This document shows positions 9,732 through 19,363 of a DNA stretch of 64,000 nt, piece after piece. The translations under genes were made by a program, and so were the position numbers. Source of the stretch: Chitinophaga nivalis (GTDB lineage: Bacteria > Bacteroidota > Bacteroidia > Chitinophagales > Chitinophagaceae); the NCBI RefSeq assembly GCF_025989125.1, contig NZ_JAPDNR010000001.1:3523953-3587952 (forward strand). The letters run 5' to 3'. Within the stretch, counting starts at the first letter, position 1; each line of letters opens with the position of its first letter. The notes beneath the pieces are model-generated. The model was not told where the DNA came from and ran no database searches. It saw nothing but the letters and a program-made list of their open reading frames with translations.

Positions 9732-10853
9732 ATGAAGAAACAGTTGGCTTTCCTGTGCCTGTTGCCTGCCGCACAACTCTTTGCGCAGTCATCAGACAGC
9801 ACCTTTACCATTACCGGTCGTATTACCGGTAAAACACCGCCGGTAAAAGTTTTCCTGGATATGAACCGGAAAATGGATTCATCGGTAGTAAAAAACGGCA
9901 CGTTCAGCTTTAACGGAAAAATAAAAGAATCACCGGCGATGGCCTATCTTTTATTTGATTATACCGGTAACGACAGCCGTGATTACAGTAAACCAAGAGA
10001 CTTTCAGGGTTTTTATATAGAAAGCGGTAAACTGAATATTGTATCACGTGATTCCGCGAAAAACGCGACCATGACGGGTTCCAAAGCGCAGGCAGACTAT
10101 GCACAGCTGCAGGTAATCACCCGGCCGATAGATGCAAAACTGGAGCAGCTGCGCCGTGAAAACAGCGCTTTGCCGGAAGCACAGCGGGAAGACGGGGCAG
10201 AGCAGGAACGCTTCGTGAAAAAATATATGGCACTGCAGGCAGAAAAAGATGCCGCTTCCATTAAGTTTGTGGCTGCACATCCGGCTACGGGCATCGCTAC
10301 ACGAATTTTGTCAGATGCATTGATGAATGATGCTGATCCCTATATAGTAGAGAAAGCATTCAATGGCCTGTCTGCCCCGCTGAAAGAATCACCGGCAGGT
10401 AAACGACTGGCAAAAAGTATTGAAACAGGCAAGCGTACTGCTGTGGGAGCAATAGCACCTGACTTTGCGCAGGCAGATACCAGCGGCAAAGAAGTCCGTC
10501 TGTCATCACTGCGCGGCAAATACCTGCTGATCGATTTCTGGGCCAGCTGGTGCGGACCTTGTCGCGCGGAAAACCCGAATGTGGTAAAAGCTTTTGAGCA
10601 ATACAAAGACAAAGGGTTCATGATCCTGGGCGTATCCCTGGATTCCAAAAAGGAAAACTGGCTCAGTGCCATTGCTACTGATCAGCTGAACTGGCTACAG
10701 GTATCCGACCTGAAATCATGGGGTAATGAGGTGGCACGGCTTTACGGCGTAAGTGGTATACCTCAGAACTTCCTGCTGGACCCACAGGGAAAGATTGTCG
10801 CAAAAAATCTGCGTGGAGATGCCCTGGTAAACAAACTAAAAGAAATACTGTAA
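9732..10853 (+). CDS. TlpA-family thiol-disulfide oxidoreductase (thioredoxin fold) with an N-terminal DUF4369-like domain
   Basis: 373 aa. It has a signal peptide and the thioredoxin active site WCGPC (DFWASWCGPCRAENP), plus the AhpC/TSA-like tail GFMILGVSLD. Confidence 0.85.
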   Translation: MKKQLAFLCLLPAAQLFAQSSDSTFTITGRITGKTPPVKVFLDMNRKMDSSVVKNGTFSFNGKIKESPAMAYLLFDYTGNDSRDYSKPRDFQGFYIESGKLNIVSRDSAKNATMTGSKAQADYAQLQVITRPIDAKLEQLRRENSALPEAQREDGAEQERFVKKYMALQAEKDAASIKFVAAHPATGIATRILSDALMNDADPYIVEKAFNGLSAPLKESPAGKRLAKSIETGKRTAVGAIAPDFAQADTSGKEVRLSSLRGKYLLIDFWASWCGPCRAENPNVVKAFEQYKDKGFMILGVSLDSKKENWLSAIATDQLNWLQVSDLKSWGNEVARLYGVSGIPQNFLLDPQGKIVAKNLRGDALVNKLKEIL

Positions 10854-10868
10854 GAGCAGACTATTTCC

Positions 10869-10902
10869 GGTCAGGCGGCGTATCGCCGTCTGGCCTTTTT
10901 TT
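10869..10902 (+). terminator. Rho-independent terminator downstream of the TlpA-like gene
   Basis: GGTCAGGCGGCG-TAT-CGCCGTCTGGCC forms a 12-bp stem (two G.U pairs) followed by TTTTTTT. Confidence 0.6.
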
Positions 10903-10909
10903 AGCCAGG

Positions 10910-11308
10910 TTAAGCCCCGCGCCAGTATCCCGGTAAATCAATTTCCGTTTCAATCTCTACGCTTCTTTCCTGCAGCATCACTTTCACATCTTTTTGCAAA
11001 TCCTGGTGTGCTTCCCAGAAAGTAGCCGGTACATCCAATACATTCTTCAACAGATCTCCGGGATAAAGCCCTGCTTCTACCAAAACATCATCCTTTAACT
11101 TTTCGATGGCCAGTGGTACCAGGTAGGTGGGGTTAAATGATTGTCCGATTAAAATCCTTAATTCGCCTGCGGTTAACTTGGCGAGTGGTACTTTACTTAA
11201 GGCAATACATTTTTTAGTCAATCCCGAATCCTCTTCTGTAGCAGTTCCCCAACTTTTGTTCTCTAATTGCTCTAAAGATTTATATCTCCAGATATCTTTC
11301 TTATTCAT
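10910..11308 (-). CDS. Hypothetical protein (132 aa), orphan
   Basis: The ORF has a clean start and is followed upstream by a long AT-rich leader. The protein is acidic and helical (…TAGELRILIGQSFNPTYLVPLAIEKLKDD…) and no family was recognised. Confidence 0.45.
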   Translation of the reverse strand: MNKKDIWRYKSLEQLENKSWGTATEEDSGLTKKCIALSKVPLAKLTAGELRILIGQSFNPTYLVPLAIEKLKDDVLVEAGLYPGDLLKNVLDVPATFWEAHQDLQKDVKVMLQERSVEIETEIDLPGYWRGA

Positions 11309-11838
11309 AATAAAACTATATCTCTTTTAAGCATTACACATTACAAATCAGAAATAACGTATCGTGTAACAGACAAATGCAAAATAACTTCGCAGATATC
11401 TTCTACAAAATTCGTTTGGGTTAATCCGTAAATGGTAAATCGTAATTACTCCGGTTACTTGCTAGCTAAATTAGCCATCTTCCTGCATAGTACTTGTTAA
11501 AAGTCTACTAATTTAAGAAGGTTTACAAAGAAAGCATTAAGAATTAGGTGTTCAGCATTACGCCTGGCGCAGTAGCATTTAACAGATGGTTCTCATGTAT
11601 GTCTTCCTGCCAACGGCAATGCGTTGAAACTTTTAGTGCTGCAAATTTCGCTGCTACCTGATGCAGTAATCCGTTCACTTCTTAACGTCTAACTAATTTA
11701 GGAAGAATAATGAAAGATGGATCACGAATTCATCAGAAAATTTCAGGAGAAGAATTACGGCGGAAAGATAAGCATTATGCAGCATCTTTTTGCAAAAAAA
11801 TTTCTGCTGCATAATGCGCCGTGCTTAAATTTTCTTGT

Positions 11839-12153
11839 TTAGTACTTTACACCGGAGGTTTTGGGCAGTACAAACAACTTTACAATTGTATGGGCTGCCG
11901 CCGACAAAACCAGGGCAATTACCACCAGCAGGGCGGATTTCAGCGGGGTGTCAAATACGTCAATCACACCGGACACAGACTGGCCGGCATAAATAACTGT
12001 AATCAGACAGGCCAGTAAACCAGTTATCCACAAGGTAATGTGAGACCACAGGTACTTGGTTTTCTGAAATCCTTTTTTCCCGAAAGAGGTAAATAAAAGG
12101 TACACATGGGCAACAAAAAATACGACCGCCAAGAGGGTTAATGTCGCAAACAT
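11839..12153 (-). CDS. Small integral membrane protein (104 aa, about 3 TM helices)
   Basis: Strongly hydrophobic segments: LLAVVFFVAHVYLLF, ITLWITGLLACLITVIYA, LLVVIALVLSAAA. Confidence 0.5.
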   Translation of the reverse strand: MFATLTLLAVVFFVAHVYLLFTSFGKKGFQKTKYLWSHITLWITGLLACLITVIYAGQSVSGVIDVFDTPLKSALLVVIALVLSAAAHTIVKLFVLPKTSGVKY

Positions 12154-12370
12154 AATGGTTAATTTAGGTTAGGAAATGGTGTCTTAAACTAAAATACTAT
12201 TTCCTTTTTGCTTAGACAACAATTTTATATGTATAAGCTTACTTTTTGATGAAACTGTCCTGCAGTCTGCCGGATCATAGCACCGCGGGCGGTCGGTACG
12301 GATATAGGCAGTCTGGTGGCGGATCTTCCCAAAAAAGGACAGCCGGGAAACGGGGGGAATAACGGACGGG

Positions 12371-13207
12371 TCATGGCAGATGCCCGGCATTGGCGCGAAT
12401 CCGGGAAATATGCTCTGCAATAAGATGCAGCCGGTAATAATATTTCTCAAAGATGTCGTCGTACATACGGTGCCGGTTTTCCAGAAAAGCATTCAGGGCC
12501 TCATAAATAAATTCTTCAAAGGTGTGCTGCTCATTTACCCGGATCACACATTCAAATACCGGCTCCATACTGGTGGCAAACCGGGGTCTTACCTGTATGT
12601 CGGCCATACAGGTTATCATGATCTTGTACAGGTTGGGGGCTTTGGCAAAAGGTACATAGTGGATGGCCGTAAAACCATCTTCATCATACACATATTTATT
12701 CACTTCTTCGCCCAGCAGAAACTGCACCACTTCGTGGTTGTTGTTATGCCGGGTAGCCAGTAACAACGGGGTATCCAGGCTATCCAGTACAAAATTGAAA
12801 TGAATGTTGTGCTCAATGAGAATCAGCAGCATATCGGTGATGGCCGACAGCCGGTAATGTTTGAAGATATAGGCTACGGCAAAAAGATAGTCGGGGCTGT
12901 CTACCACCAGCCGGGCGCCTTTTGTCAGCGCATACTGTACAGCCTGTGGTTTGTTGGCCCCGATTGCACAAAATATAATCGGAATGATGTCTTCCTTCTT
13001 ATAATGAATATCTGCACCGCCTTCTGTAATCAATAGTTCCGCTGCTTCAAAAAATATTTCCTGGTATTCCAGCAAGTCGCAAAGCAATGCTGATAATTCC
13101 AGCTGCGTAAAAAAGGCCAGGTTAAATCTCAGATAAGTGATGATTTCGTCCGGATCTTGGCTGGTTCTTAGTTTGCGCCGCAGGTCGTACAGAGAAATTT
13201 TTTGCAT
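12371..13207 (-). CDS. Ankyrin-repeat-like protein (278 aa)
   Basis: ANK-like repeats are present: ...DTPLLLATRHNNNHEVVQFLLGEEVN..., ...AIGANKPQAVQYALTKGARL.... It sits directly downstream of the ABC exporter on the same strand. Confidence 0.45.
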   Translation of the reverse strand: MQKISLYDLRRKLRTSQDPDEIITYLRFNLAFFTQLELSALLCDLLEYQEIFFEAAELLITEGGADIHYKKEDIIPIIFCAIGANKPQAVQYALTKGARLVVDSPDYLFAVAYIFKHYRLSAITDMLLILIEHNIHFNFVLDSLDTPLLLATRHNNNHEVVQFLLGEEVNKYVYDEDGFTAIHYVPFAKAPNLYKIMITCMADIQVRPRFATSMEPVFECVIRVNEQHTFEEFIYEALNAFLENRHRMYDDIFEKYYYRLHLIAEHISRIRANAGHLP

Positions 13208-13300
13208 ATAGCGTCCTGTGTGATTGTATTAAATGGGAGGGAACCATTCCATCGGATGAAAAACGCGGCTGCAATGATACATAAATATTAGTTAAAAAAA

Positions 13301-15061
13301 TTATTTGTTTTCCTGGTGTTTCCACAACTCCTGAAATACCGAACTATGGGCACGCAGCTCCGTAAAGGTACCGGCAGCGGCTATACGTCCCTGGTGCAAT
13401 ACGTAGATATAATCGAACTGCGGTAACAGGTGTAGCCGGTGCATCGAGGATATAATGGCTTTGTCGTGGAACGTCCGGAACATCTTATCATAGATCATGG
13501 CTTCTGTTTTAGGATCTACGCTGCTGGTAGGTTCATCCAGCAGAATGATCTGGCTGTCGCGGGCTGCCAGTATACCGCGAGCCAGTGCCAGCCGCTGTTT
13601 CTGACCGCCGGACAGGTTCACGCCTTTCTCCCGGATATCGGATTCCAGCCCCTGCGGCAACATGTCGATCACCTCTGTAAAGTGTGCGCTGTTACATACC
13701 TCCAGGATCTCTTCATCCGGGAAAGGTAGCCCCAGCGTTACATTGTAGGCGATGGTATTTTCAAAGATCTCCGGTTCCTGCGGAAACAGGGTGACGGTTT
13801 CGTTGAGTGTTGCCAGCGACAACGGCGCCCCGTCTACCGTAAGCTGTACCTGTTCCTCTGGTTCATACAACCCACGCAGAATAGCCAGCAGGGTACTTTT
13901 ACCACTACCGCTTTCCCCAATCAGCGCAATCTTTTTTCCTTTACCAATGTCAATGGCCAACTGATGCAGACTTTGCGGCGCATGCGTATTATCATAGGTA
14001 GGCAGATGAGAAAAGTTGAGGTCCTGTATCCGGACCGTCTGCCAGGAAACCGGCAGGTTTTCTGTGGTGTCTGCACGGTGATGCTCCGTATAGGCTTCCC
14101 CGATATTACGGGCGGTTTCTATAGATGTATTGTATTGTACGATGTCGGTATACTGCCACGCGATATCGTGAAACACGCTGGTGAACTGGTTTACATAGCC
14201 CAGCAGGGTGATGAGGCCGGCCACATAAAATACAGCGCCGGGCTCCCAGTGCTGAAAAACATACCCCACGGCAATCACGCAATAAATCAGCGCTACCAGC
14301 ATATCTGCCACAAACCATTTCCACTCATTGATCAGGGTATTCTGCCGGAACGGTCGCCAGATACGTTGTACCTTGGCCATCAAACCGTTTTCCATACTTC
14401 TTTCCAGCCGAAGGGTGATCACAGTCATGATATTGGACAGACTGTCAAATAAGGTCGCAGATACCACGTGTTCGCGTTCATTGATCTCATCCAGCGTACG
14501 AATAAAAGGCTTGTCGAAACGGAGAATGATCCAGATGCAGAAAATGCCCAGCAGGATACCGATACCGCCATACAAAGGAGAGAAATACAACATGGCAATT
14601 ACGGAAAAAAATAATTTGGTAAAGGCATAGAGGTACATGAATCCATGTTCAAAAAAATTCTTTAACGCCTCATAAGCCTTCCGGATACGGTTAATCACTG
14701 CGCCACTGTGATTATCCTGGTGCCATTTCACCGGCAGGTGCAGGGCCTGGTGATATTTTTCCTGCAGGAAATTACGACTGAGGTTAAATGCCAGGTGTCT
14801 TTCCATCACCCGGGCAGGGCCATGAAAGCACCATTCCACTAAGCGTAGCCCCACGTAGGCTGCTGCAAACCATAGGGTATAGCGGGGGATGTGCGCAGGA
14901 TCCTGCTGGATCTTGCCAACAAACCAGCCAAATAACACGGGGTTGAGCGAAAAGGCGATATTGGCAATGAAAAACAGGATGTATACCAGCAGGTATTTTT
15001 TTCGTTCCCGGTGCGCGTAGTGCCAGGCTGTCTTGAGTAAGGATAGATACGGATTAGACAT
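13301..15061 (-). CDS. ABC transporter, fused permease/ATP-binding protein (type I exporter, MsbA-like)
   Basis: 586 aa. The N-terminal half is a 6-TM domain. The C-terminal NBD has Walker A GESGSGKST, the signature LSGGQKQRLALAR and Walker B ILLDEPTS. Confidence 0.9.
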   Translation of the reverse strand: MSNPYLSLLKTAWHYAHRERKKYLLVYILFFIANIAFSLNPVLFGWFVGKIQQDPAHIPRYTLWFAAAYVGLRLVEWCFHGPARVMERHLAFNLSRNFLQEKYHQALHLPVKWHQDNHSGAVINRIRKAYEALKNFFEHGFMYLYAFTKLFFSVIAMLYFSPLYGGIGILLGIFCIWIILRFDKPFIRTLDEINEREHVVSATLFDSLSNIMTVITLRLERSMENGLMAKVQRIWRPFRQNTLINEWKWFVADMLVALIYCVIAVGYVFQHWEPGAVFYVAGLITLLGYVNQFTSVFHDIAWQYTDIVQYNTSIETARNIGEAYTEHHRADTTENLPVSWQTVRIQDLNFSHLPTYDNTHAPQSLHQLAIDIGKGKKIALIGESGSGKSTLLAILRGLYEPEEQVQLTVDGAPLSLATLNETVTLFPQEPEIFENTIAYNVTLGLPFPDEEILEVCNSAHFTEVIDMLPQGLESDIREKGVNLSGGQKQRLALARGILAARDSQIILLDEPTSSVDPKTEAMIYDKMFRTFHDKAIISSMHRLHLLPQFDYIYVLHQGRIAAAGTFTELRAHSSVFQELWKHQENK

Positions 15062-15224
15062 GATTTCCGGGTTTAAAATATGGGTGAAATATACATTATA
15101 TATCAGGAAGCCGAAATAAAGAATTATATATGGTAAAGCAATTGACCCTGATCAATGCGCGGTATTTTGGCCGGCTGAACAAAATACTGTAACTTCTGTC
15201 GTTCTCCGGATAAAATTGTGTATT

Positions 15225-15752
15225 ATGAAAAGTTCCTTTGCATTCGCCATCGTGTGTTGCTTTTTAGCAGCTACAGTATCACCTGCCGGGCTGGTTGCCC
15301 AGGACACAAAGGTAGCAAAAAGAGCGGCCCAAACCGCCCGGGTGAAGTCGCTCATAGATGCCCGCAGCTACGTTTTTGTAGCGCAGACGGCCTTGCCGAT
15401 GAACGGGCGTTCCCGTCAGATAACACCCGATTATGGCATCACGGTTACCACGGACTCCATCGTCAGCTACCTGCCTTATTTCGGACGTGCCTTTGTGGCT
15501 ACGATCGGGGAAACAAAATCACCGCTGGATTTTAAAACGAAAGATTTTGTTTACACCGCAACGCCCGGCAAAAAAGACGGCTGGGAGATTACGGTAAAAC
15601 CAAAAGATCAGCGGGAAATCCAGTCACTGAGCCTCTCTGTAACCAGCAGCGGATATGCGTCTTTACAGGTCATCAGCACCAATCGCACACCGATCAGCTT
15701 CAACGGATACGTCACGGAAACACCACCTGAGAAAAAGAAAAACGGACGTTGA
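15225..15752 (+). CDS. Secreted protein of unknown function (DUF4251-like)
   Basis: MKSSFAFAIVCCFLAATVSPAGLVAQ is a signal peptide. The protein is about 175 aa. The ATG at 15225 lies 3 codons inside the track ORF. Confidence 0.5.
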   Translation: MKSSFAFAIVCCFLAATVSPAGLVAQDTKVAKRAAQTARVKSLIDARSYVFVAQTALPMNGRSRQITPDYGITVTTDSIVSYLPYFGRAFVATIGETKSPLDFKTKDFVYTATPGKKDGWEITVKPKDQREIQSLSLSVTSSGYASLQVISTNRTPISFNGYVTETPPEKKKNGR

Positions 15753-15772
15753 TGATGACTAATATCGTACAG

Positions 15773-16204
15773 TCATGACCGTTTCATTTCATACGTATTC
15801 CAGGTAACGTCGTTGATGGTGACAGGGTATAGCTCTACTACGGTAAAACCTCTTTTTTCAAAGAAAGGCCGGGCGGTAATACTGGCATAGGTGACGAGTT
15901 CGGATAATCCCAGTTCGGTGGCCTGATCGAGGAGACGTTGCAGTAACCGGGAAGCCACGCCGCAGCCCTGAAAGTCTTTGTGAACATACAGCATATCTAT
16001 TTCGCCATCCGATGTGAGAGAAGCAAACCCGATGATTTGCCTGGCGTCATTTTCGGCTACATAAAAATACTGGTCCTCTATCCTTTGGCGGAGAGCATCT
16101 ACACGTTCAGCAGTACTGGCCCAGGCGGCAATCTGCGCTGCATTGTAATCGCGGACATTGATAGGTGTAATGGTATTATAATAAAGGTCTTTTAACCAGG
16201 GCAT
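15773..16204 (-). CDS. GNAT-family N-acetyltransferase
   Basis: 143 aa with the acetyl-CoA binding motif QGCGVASRLLQRLLDQATELG (the Q/RxxGxG/A type). Confidence 0.8.
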   Translation of the reverse strand: MPWLKDLYYNTITPINVRDYNAAQIAAWASTAERVDALRQRIEDQYFYVAENDARQIIGFASLTSDGEIDMLYVHKDFQGCGVASRLLQRLLDQATELGLSELVTYASITARPFFEKRGFTVVELYPVTINDVTWNTYEMKRS

Positions 16205-16295
16205 ATCATCAGGAGTAGCTATTCATATCTGCATGAAGGATAAGGAATGATAGGTGGATATACTTACATACAGTAAAATAATTAATTTTTGGGAG

Positions 16296-16913
16296 ATGAA
16301 TACACAAACTGCTATCACGACGTTGTTCCTGGATATAGGCGGCGTATTGCTGACAAATGGCTGGGACAGAGCGGCCCGCAAGCTGGCCGTGCAAACATTT
16401 AATCTGGATGCTGCCGAAACAGACGAACGGCATCACCTTACCTTCGACACCTATGAAGTAGGTAAACTTACATTGGATGAATACCTGAGCCGGGTGGTTT
16501 TTTACACAGAAAGATCCTTTACCCGCGAAACCTTCAAGGAGTTTATGTTTGCGCAGTCAGCGCCCTACCCGGAAATGCTGGAGCTGGTAAGCCGCCTGAA
16601 AACGACCTATCAGCTGAAAATCGCGATCGTAAATAATGAAGGGCGCGAGTTGAATGAACACCGGATACGACAGTTTGGAATCAACCGGTTTGTAGATTTT
16701 TACATCTCTTCCTGCTTTGTACATTTCCGGAAACCAGACGCCGATATTTACCGGATAGCGCTGGACATTGCGCAGGTGGCGCCGGAAGAAGTCGTATACC
16801 TGGAAGACCGCTCCATGTTTGTGGATGTGGCTAACGGGCTTGGTATCAATGGTATTTGTCATGTAGACTACCCCACTACGTTAAAAGCACTGGCAGCCTT
16901 TGGCCTGAAATAA
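16296..16913 (+). CDS. HAD-superfamily hydrolase
   Basis: The N-terminal motif LFLDIGGVLL matches HAD motif I, and there is a downstream VNNEG...D motif. The ATG at 16296 (MNTQTAI) lies inside the track ORF that starts at 16254. Confidence 0.7.
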   Translation: MNTQTAITTLFLDIGGVLLTNGWDRAARKLAVQTFNLDAAETDERHHLTFDTYEVGKLTLDEYLSRVVFYTERSFTRETFKEFMFAQSAPYPEMLELVSRLKTTYQLKIAIVNNEGRELNEHRIRQFGINRFVDFYISSCFVHFRKPDADIYRIALDIAQVAPEEVVYLEDRSMFVDVANGLGINGICHVDYPTTLKALAAFGLK

Positions 16914-16985
16914 AACAACACTTTCCGGGCAACAGGGAGAGGGGCCCGTTGCCGGAAAGTGGGTGACAGTATATCGGGTAATTTG

Positions 16986-18248
16986 TTAACGACCTTGCAT
17001 CAGGTCTTCTATTTCTTCGATCTCTATCGGCATGGTAGCCATCAGGTCTTCATAGCCGGTAGTAGTAACCAGCAGATCGTTTTCTATCCGGATGCCGATG
17101 CCTTCTTCGGCATTGTAAATACCCGGTTCGTTGGTCAGTACAGCGCCCGCTGGCAGCGGTTCCCGGAAATCGCCGGTATCATGTACATCGAGTCCCAGGA
17201 AATGGGATACATTGTGGTAGCTGTATTTGTTCAGGTAGTATGCCTCTCCGTTTTCACGGATGTCGGCAGTACTGCAAATACCCAGTCCTACCAGTTCTTC
17301 CAGGATAAACTGATTGGAAGCAGCCCACAGATCTTGCATATAGATGCCGGCGCGAACTTGTTGCCTTACTTTTTTATGTACCCGCAATACCGCTGCATAG
17401 TATGCTTTCTGCCGGGGTGTATAGCGGCCATTGGCAGGAATGGTACGGGTACAATCCGCATTGTAGTATTGCCAGCCCGCGGCGGCATCAATTAATAGCA
17501 GGTCTCCGTCTTTGCATGTCTTTTCATTGGCCCGGTAATGTAGTATACAGGTATCGGCGCCGGCGGCTACAATCGCCTCGTAGCCGGCCCAGGTGGCATT
17601 GTGCTGCAGGTATTCATGAATCATTTCTGCCGCAATCTGGTGGCCGGTCTGGCCGGGTTTTACAAAGGAGAGTACCCGGCGGAAACCAGCCTCCGTAATG
17701 TCGCAGGCCTTTTTGAGCAGGGCAATTTCTGCTGGTGTTTTGGCATTGCGCAGCCGGGCGATGATAGGATACAGGCGGCCGTATTGATGCAGGGGATACA
17801 GGCGCTGGAGATCCAGTATCAGCCGGTCTTCCCGTGTTTGTGTTTCACTTTCTGAGCGGGCATGCTCATTGGTATGCAGCATGATTTCCCGGCAACGGGG
17901 GATGACTTTTTTCATCGTGCTCCAGAATTCATCCACATATAACACAGTGGCAATGCCGGAGATAGTGGCCGCTTCTGCTTTGGTATGGCGGTTTCCCAGC
18001 CATTTAACAAACAGTTGGTCTACCCGTTTGATAAAAAGTATTTCCCGCAGTGTTTCGTCCGGATGGTCGGGGCAAAGCACCAGCATGGCATCTTCTTCTT
18101 TGATACCGGTCAGGTAATAGATATTGACATTGGGAACATAACGCATGGTACCATCTGCGTTGGTAGGCATAAGATCGTTGGCGGTAAGGATCGCCACGGA
18201 GTTGGCTGGCAGCTGGCTGCACAGATTTTTACGATGATCGGAAAACAT
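16986..18248 (-). CDS. pepP: Xaa-Pro aminopeptidase (M24B family)
   Basis: 420 aa. It has the M24 pita-bread fold with metal ligands DGDLLLIDAAAGWQYYNADCTRT, HFLGLDVHD and NEPGIY...IRIEND. Confidence 0.85.
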   Translation of the reverse strand: MFSDHRKNLCSQLPANSVAILTANDLMPTNADGTMRYVPNVNIYYLTGIKEEDAMLVLCPDHPDETLREILFIKRVDQLFVKWLGNRHTKAEAATISGIATVLYVDEFWSTMKKVIPRCREIMLHTNEHARSESETQTREDRLILDLQRLYPLHQYGRLYPIIARLRNAKTPAEIALLKKACDITEAGFRRVLSFVKPGQTGHQIAAEMIHEYLQHNATWAGYEAIVAAGADTCILHYRANEKTCKDGDLLLIDAAAGWQYYNADCTRTIPANGRYTPRQKAYYAAVLRVHKKVRQQVRAGIYMQDLWAASNQFILEELVGLGICSTADIRENGEAYYLNKYSYHNVSHFLGLDVHDTGDFREPLPAGAVLTNEPGIYNAEEGIGIRIENDLLVTTTGYEDLMATMPIEIEEIEDLMQGR

Positions 18249-18322
18249 AGTACGACGTGTTTTTATTGCCTTACAAACTTAGGAGGCACACGCCGGAAAA
18301 GTGGTGTAAAAACGCGACAGTT

Positions 18323-19120
18323 TTAGCCGGTAAACCGGCGCCATTCCTTGCGGAAGTGAGAGAAATCATAATAGCCCAGTTCTTCCCAGTCGGCTTTGTG
18401 GCCAAATCGGGCGTAGTGCTCCAGTGCCTGCCGGAAACGGAGGATAGAGAGGCATTTTTTGGGAGAGATGTCCAGCGAATCTGCAAAGTAGCGTTCCAGC
18501 GTACGGGGGGAGAGGTACAGCAGTCCGGCCAGTTTTTTGAGCTGATAGCCGGACTCCAGTAAGGCCGGACTATTCAGTGATTGCCGTACATACCGGAAAT
18601 GCCTGGCCGCTCCGGGTAGTGGGGCTTGTTCCCGCAGAAACGTTTCCAGTAATGTTTTAATGGCTTCCAGGTTGCGGGATTCATAGATGGCCGATTCCAG
18701 CCGGTCTATACGGGGCAGTACATCCCGGGCATTCAATGTTTGCCGGTTAATATCCGCGCCTTTGATCTGAAACAGATAATTCAGGGAAGCAGGTTTGAAC
18801 TTGATGCCCACCAGAAAATTGTTGAAGCCATGGCGATACGTTACGGGGGCGGCATGATAGCCGATTAATTCACTGGTATGGCAGGTATGCACCCAGGTAT
18901 CTGTCTGGTCATGAATGGCAAAAGGGGCGCCCAGGTTCAGTACCAGGGAAGAATACATATTGGCCAGCAGTATTTCTTCAAAAGTGCAGTCCTGCCGCTG
19001 GGGGCTGCGCAGATCCAGCAGCCAGTAGAACAATACATGTTCTGCCAGGTCAGGCGAAGGCGCCATGAACTGGTATTCCCGGGAGAAATGTTGCTGATCT
19101 ATTAATTCGATGGCCTGCAT
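18323..19120 (-). CDS. AraC-family transcriptional regulator
   Basis: 265 aa. The C-terminal AraC HTH pair reads QLKKLAGLLYLSPRTLERYFADSLDISPKKCLSILRFRQALEHYA. Confidence 0.8.
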   Translation of the reverse strand: MQAIELIDQQHFSREYQFMAPSPDLAEHVLFYWLLDLRSPQRQDCTFEEILLANMYSSLVLNLGAPFAIHDQTDTWVHTCHTSELIGYHAAPVTYRHGFNNFLVGIKFKPASLNYLFQIKGADINRQTLNARDVLPRIDRLESAIYESRNLEAIKTLLETFLREQAPLPGAARHFRYVRQSLNSPALLESGYQLKKLAGLLYLSPRTLERYFADSLDISPKKCLSILRFRQALEHYARFGHKADWEELGYYDFSHFRKEWRRFTG

Positions 19121-19363
19121 ACAACAGTGAGTAAACAGCTACAATGTACGAATAAGAAATGAGGTATCGTTTTTCCTGTGGGGTGATTAAACTTTTTGCA
19201 GTCGCACCTGTTAATATGATAGTAACACCATGAAAACCCGGATGAAGAATGATGGCAGTAATGGCTGTAGACTCCTTTCTTTTTCCCGGAGATTCCTACC
19301 TATACATACTTTAAGATACGGTTGATAAACAGGTTGAACATCCTGTAATGGTTCAGGATGTGC

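Noticed and set aside
12184-12492. 102-aa minus-strand ORF between the ankyrin and small-membrane-protein genes
   Set aside because: Most of it overlaps the 3' end of the ankyrin-like gene in another frame. The remainder is intergenic. It has no start context or family support.
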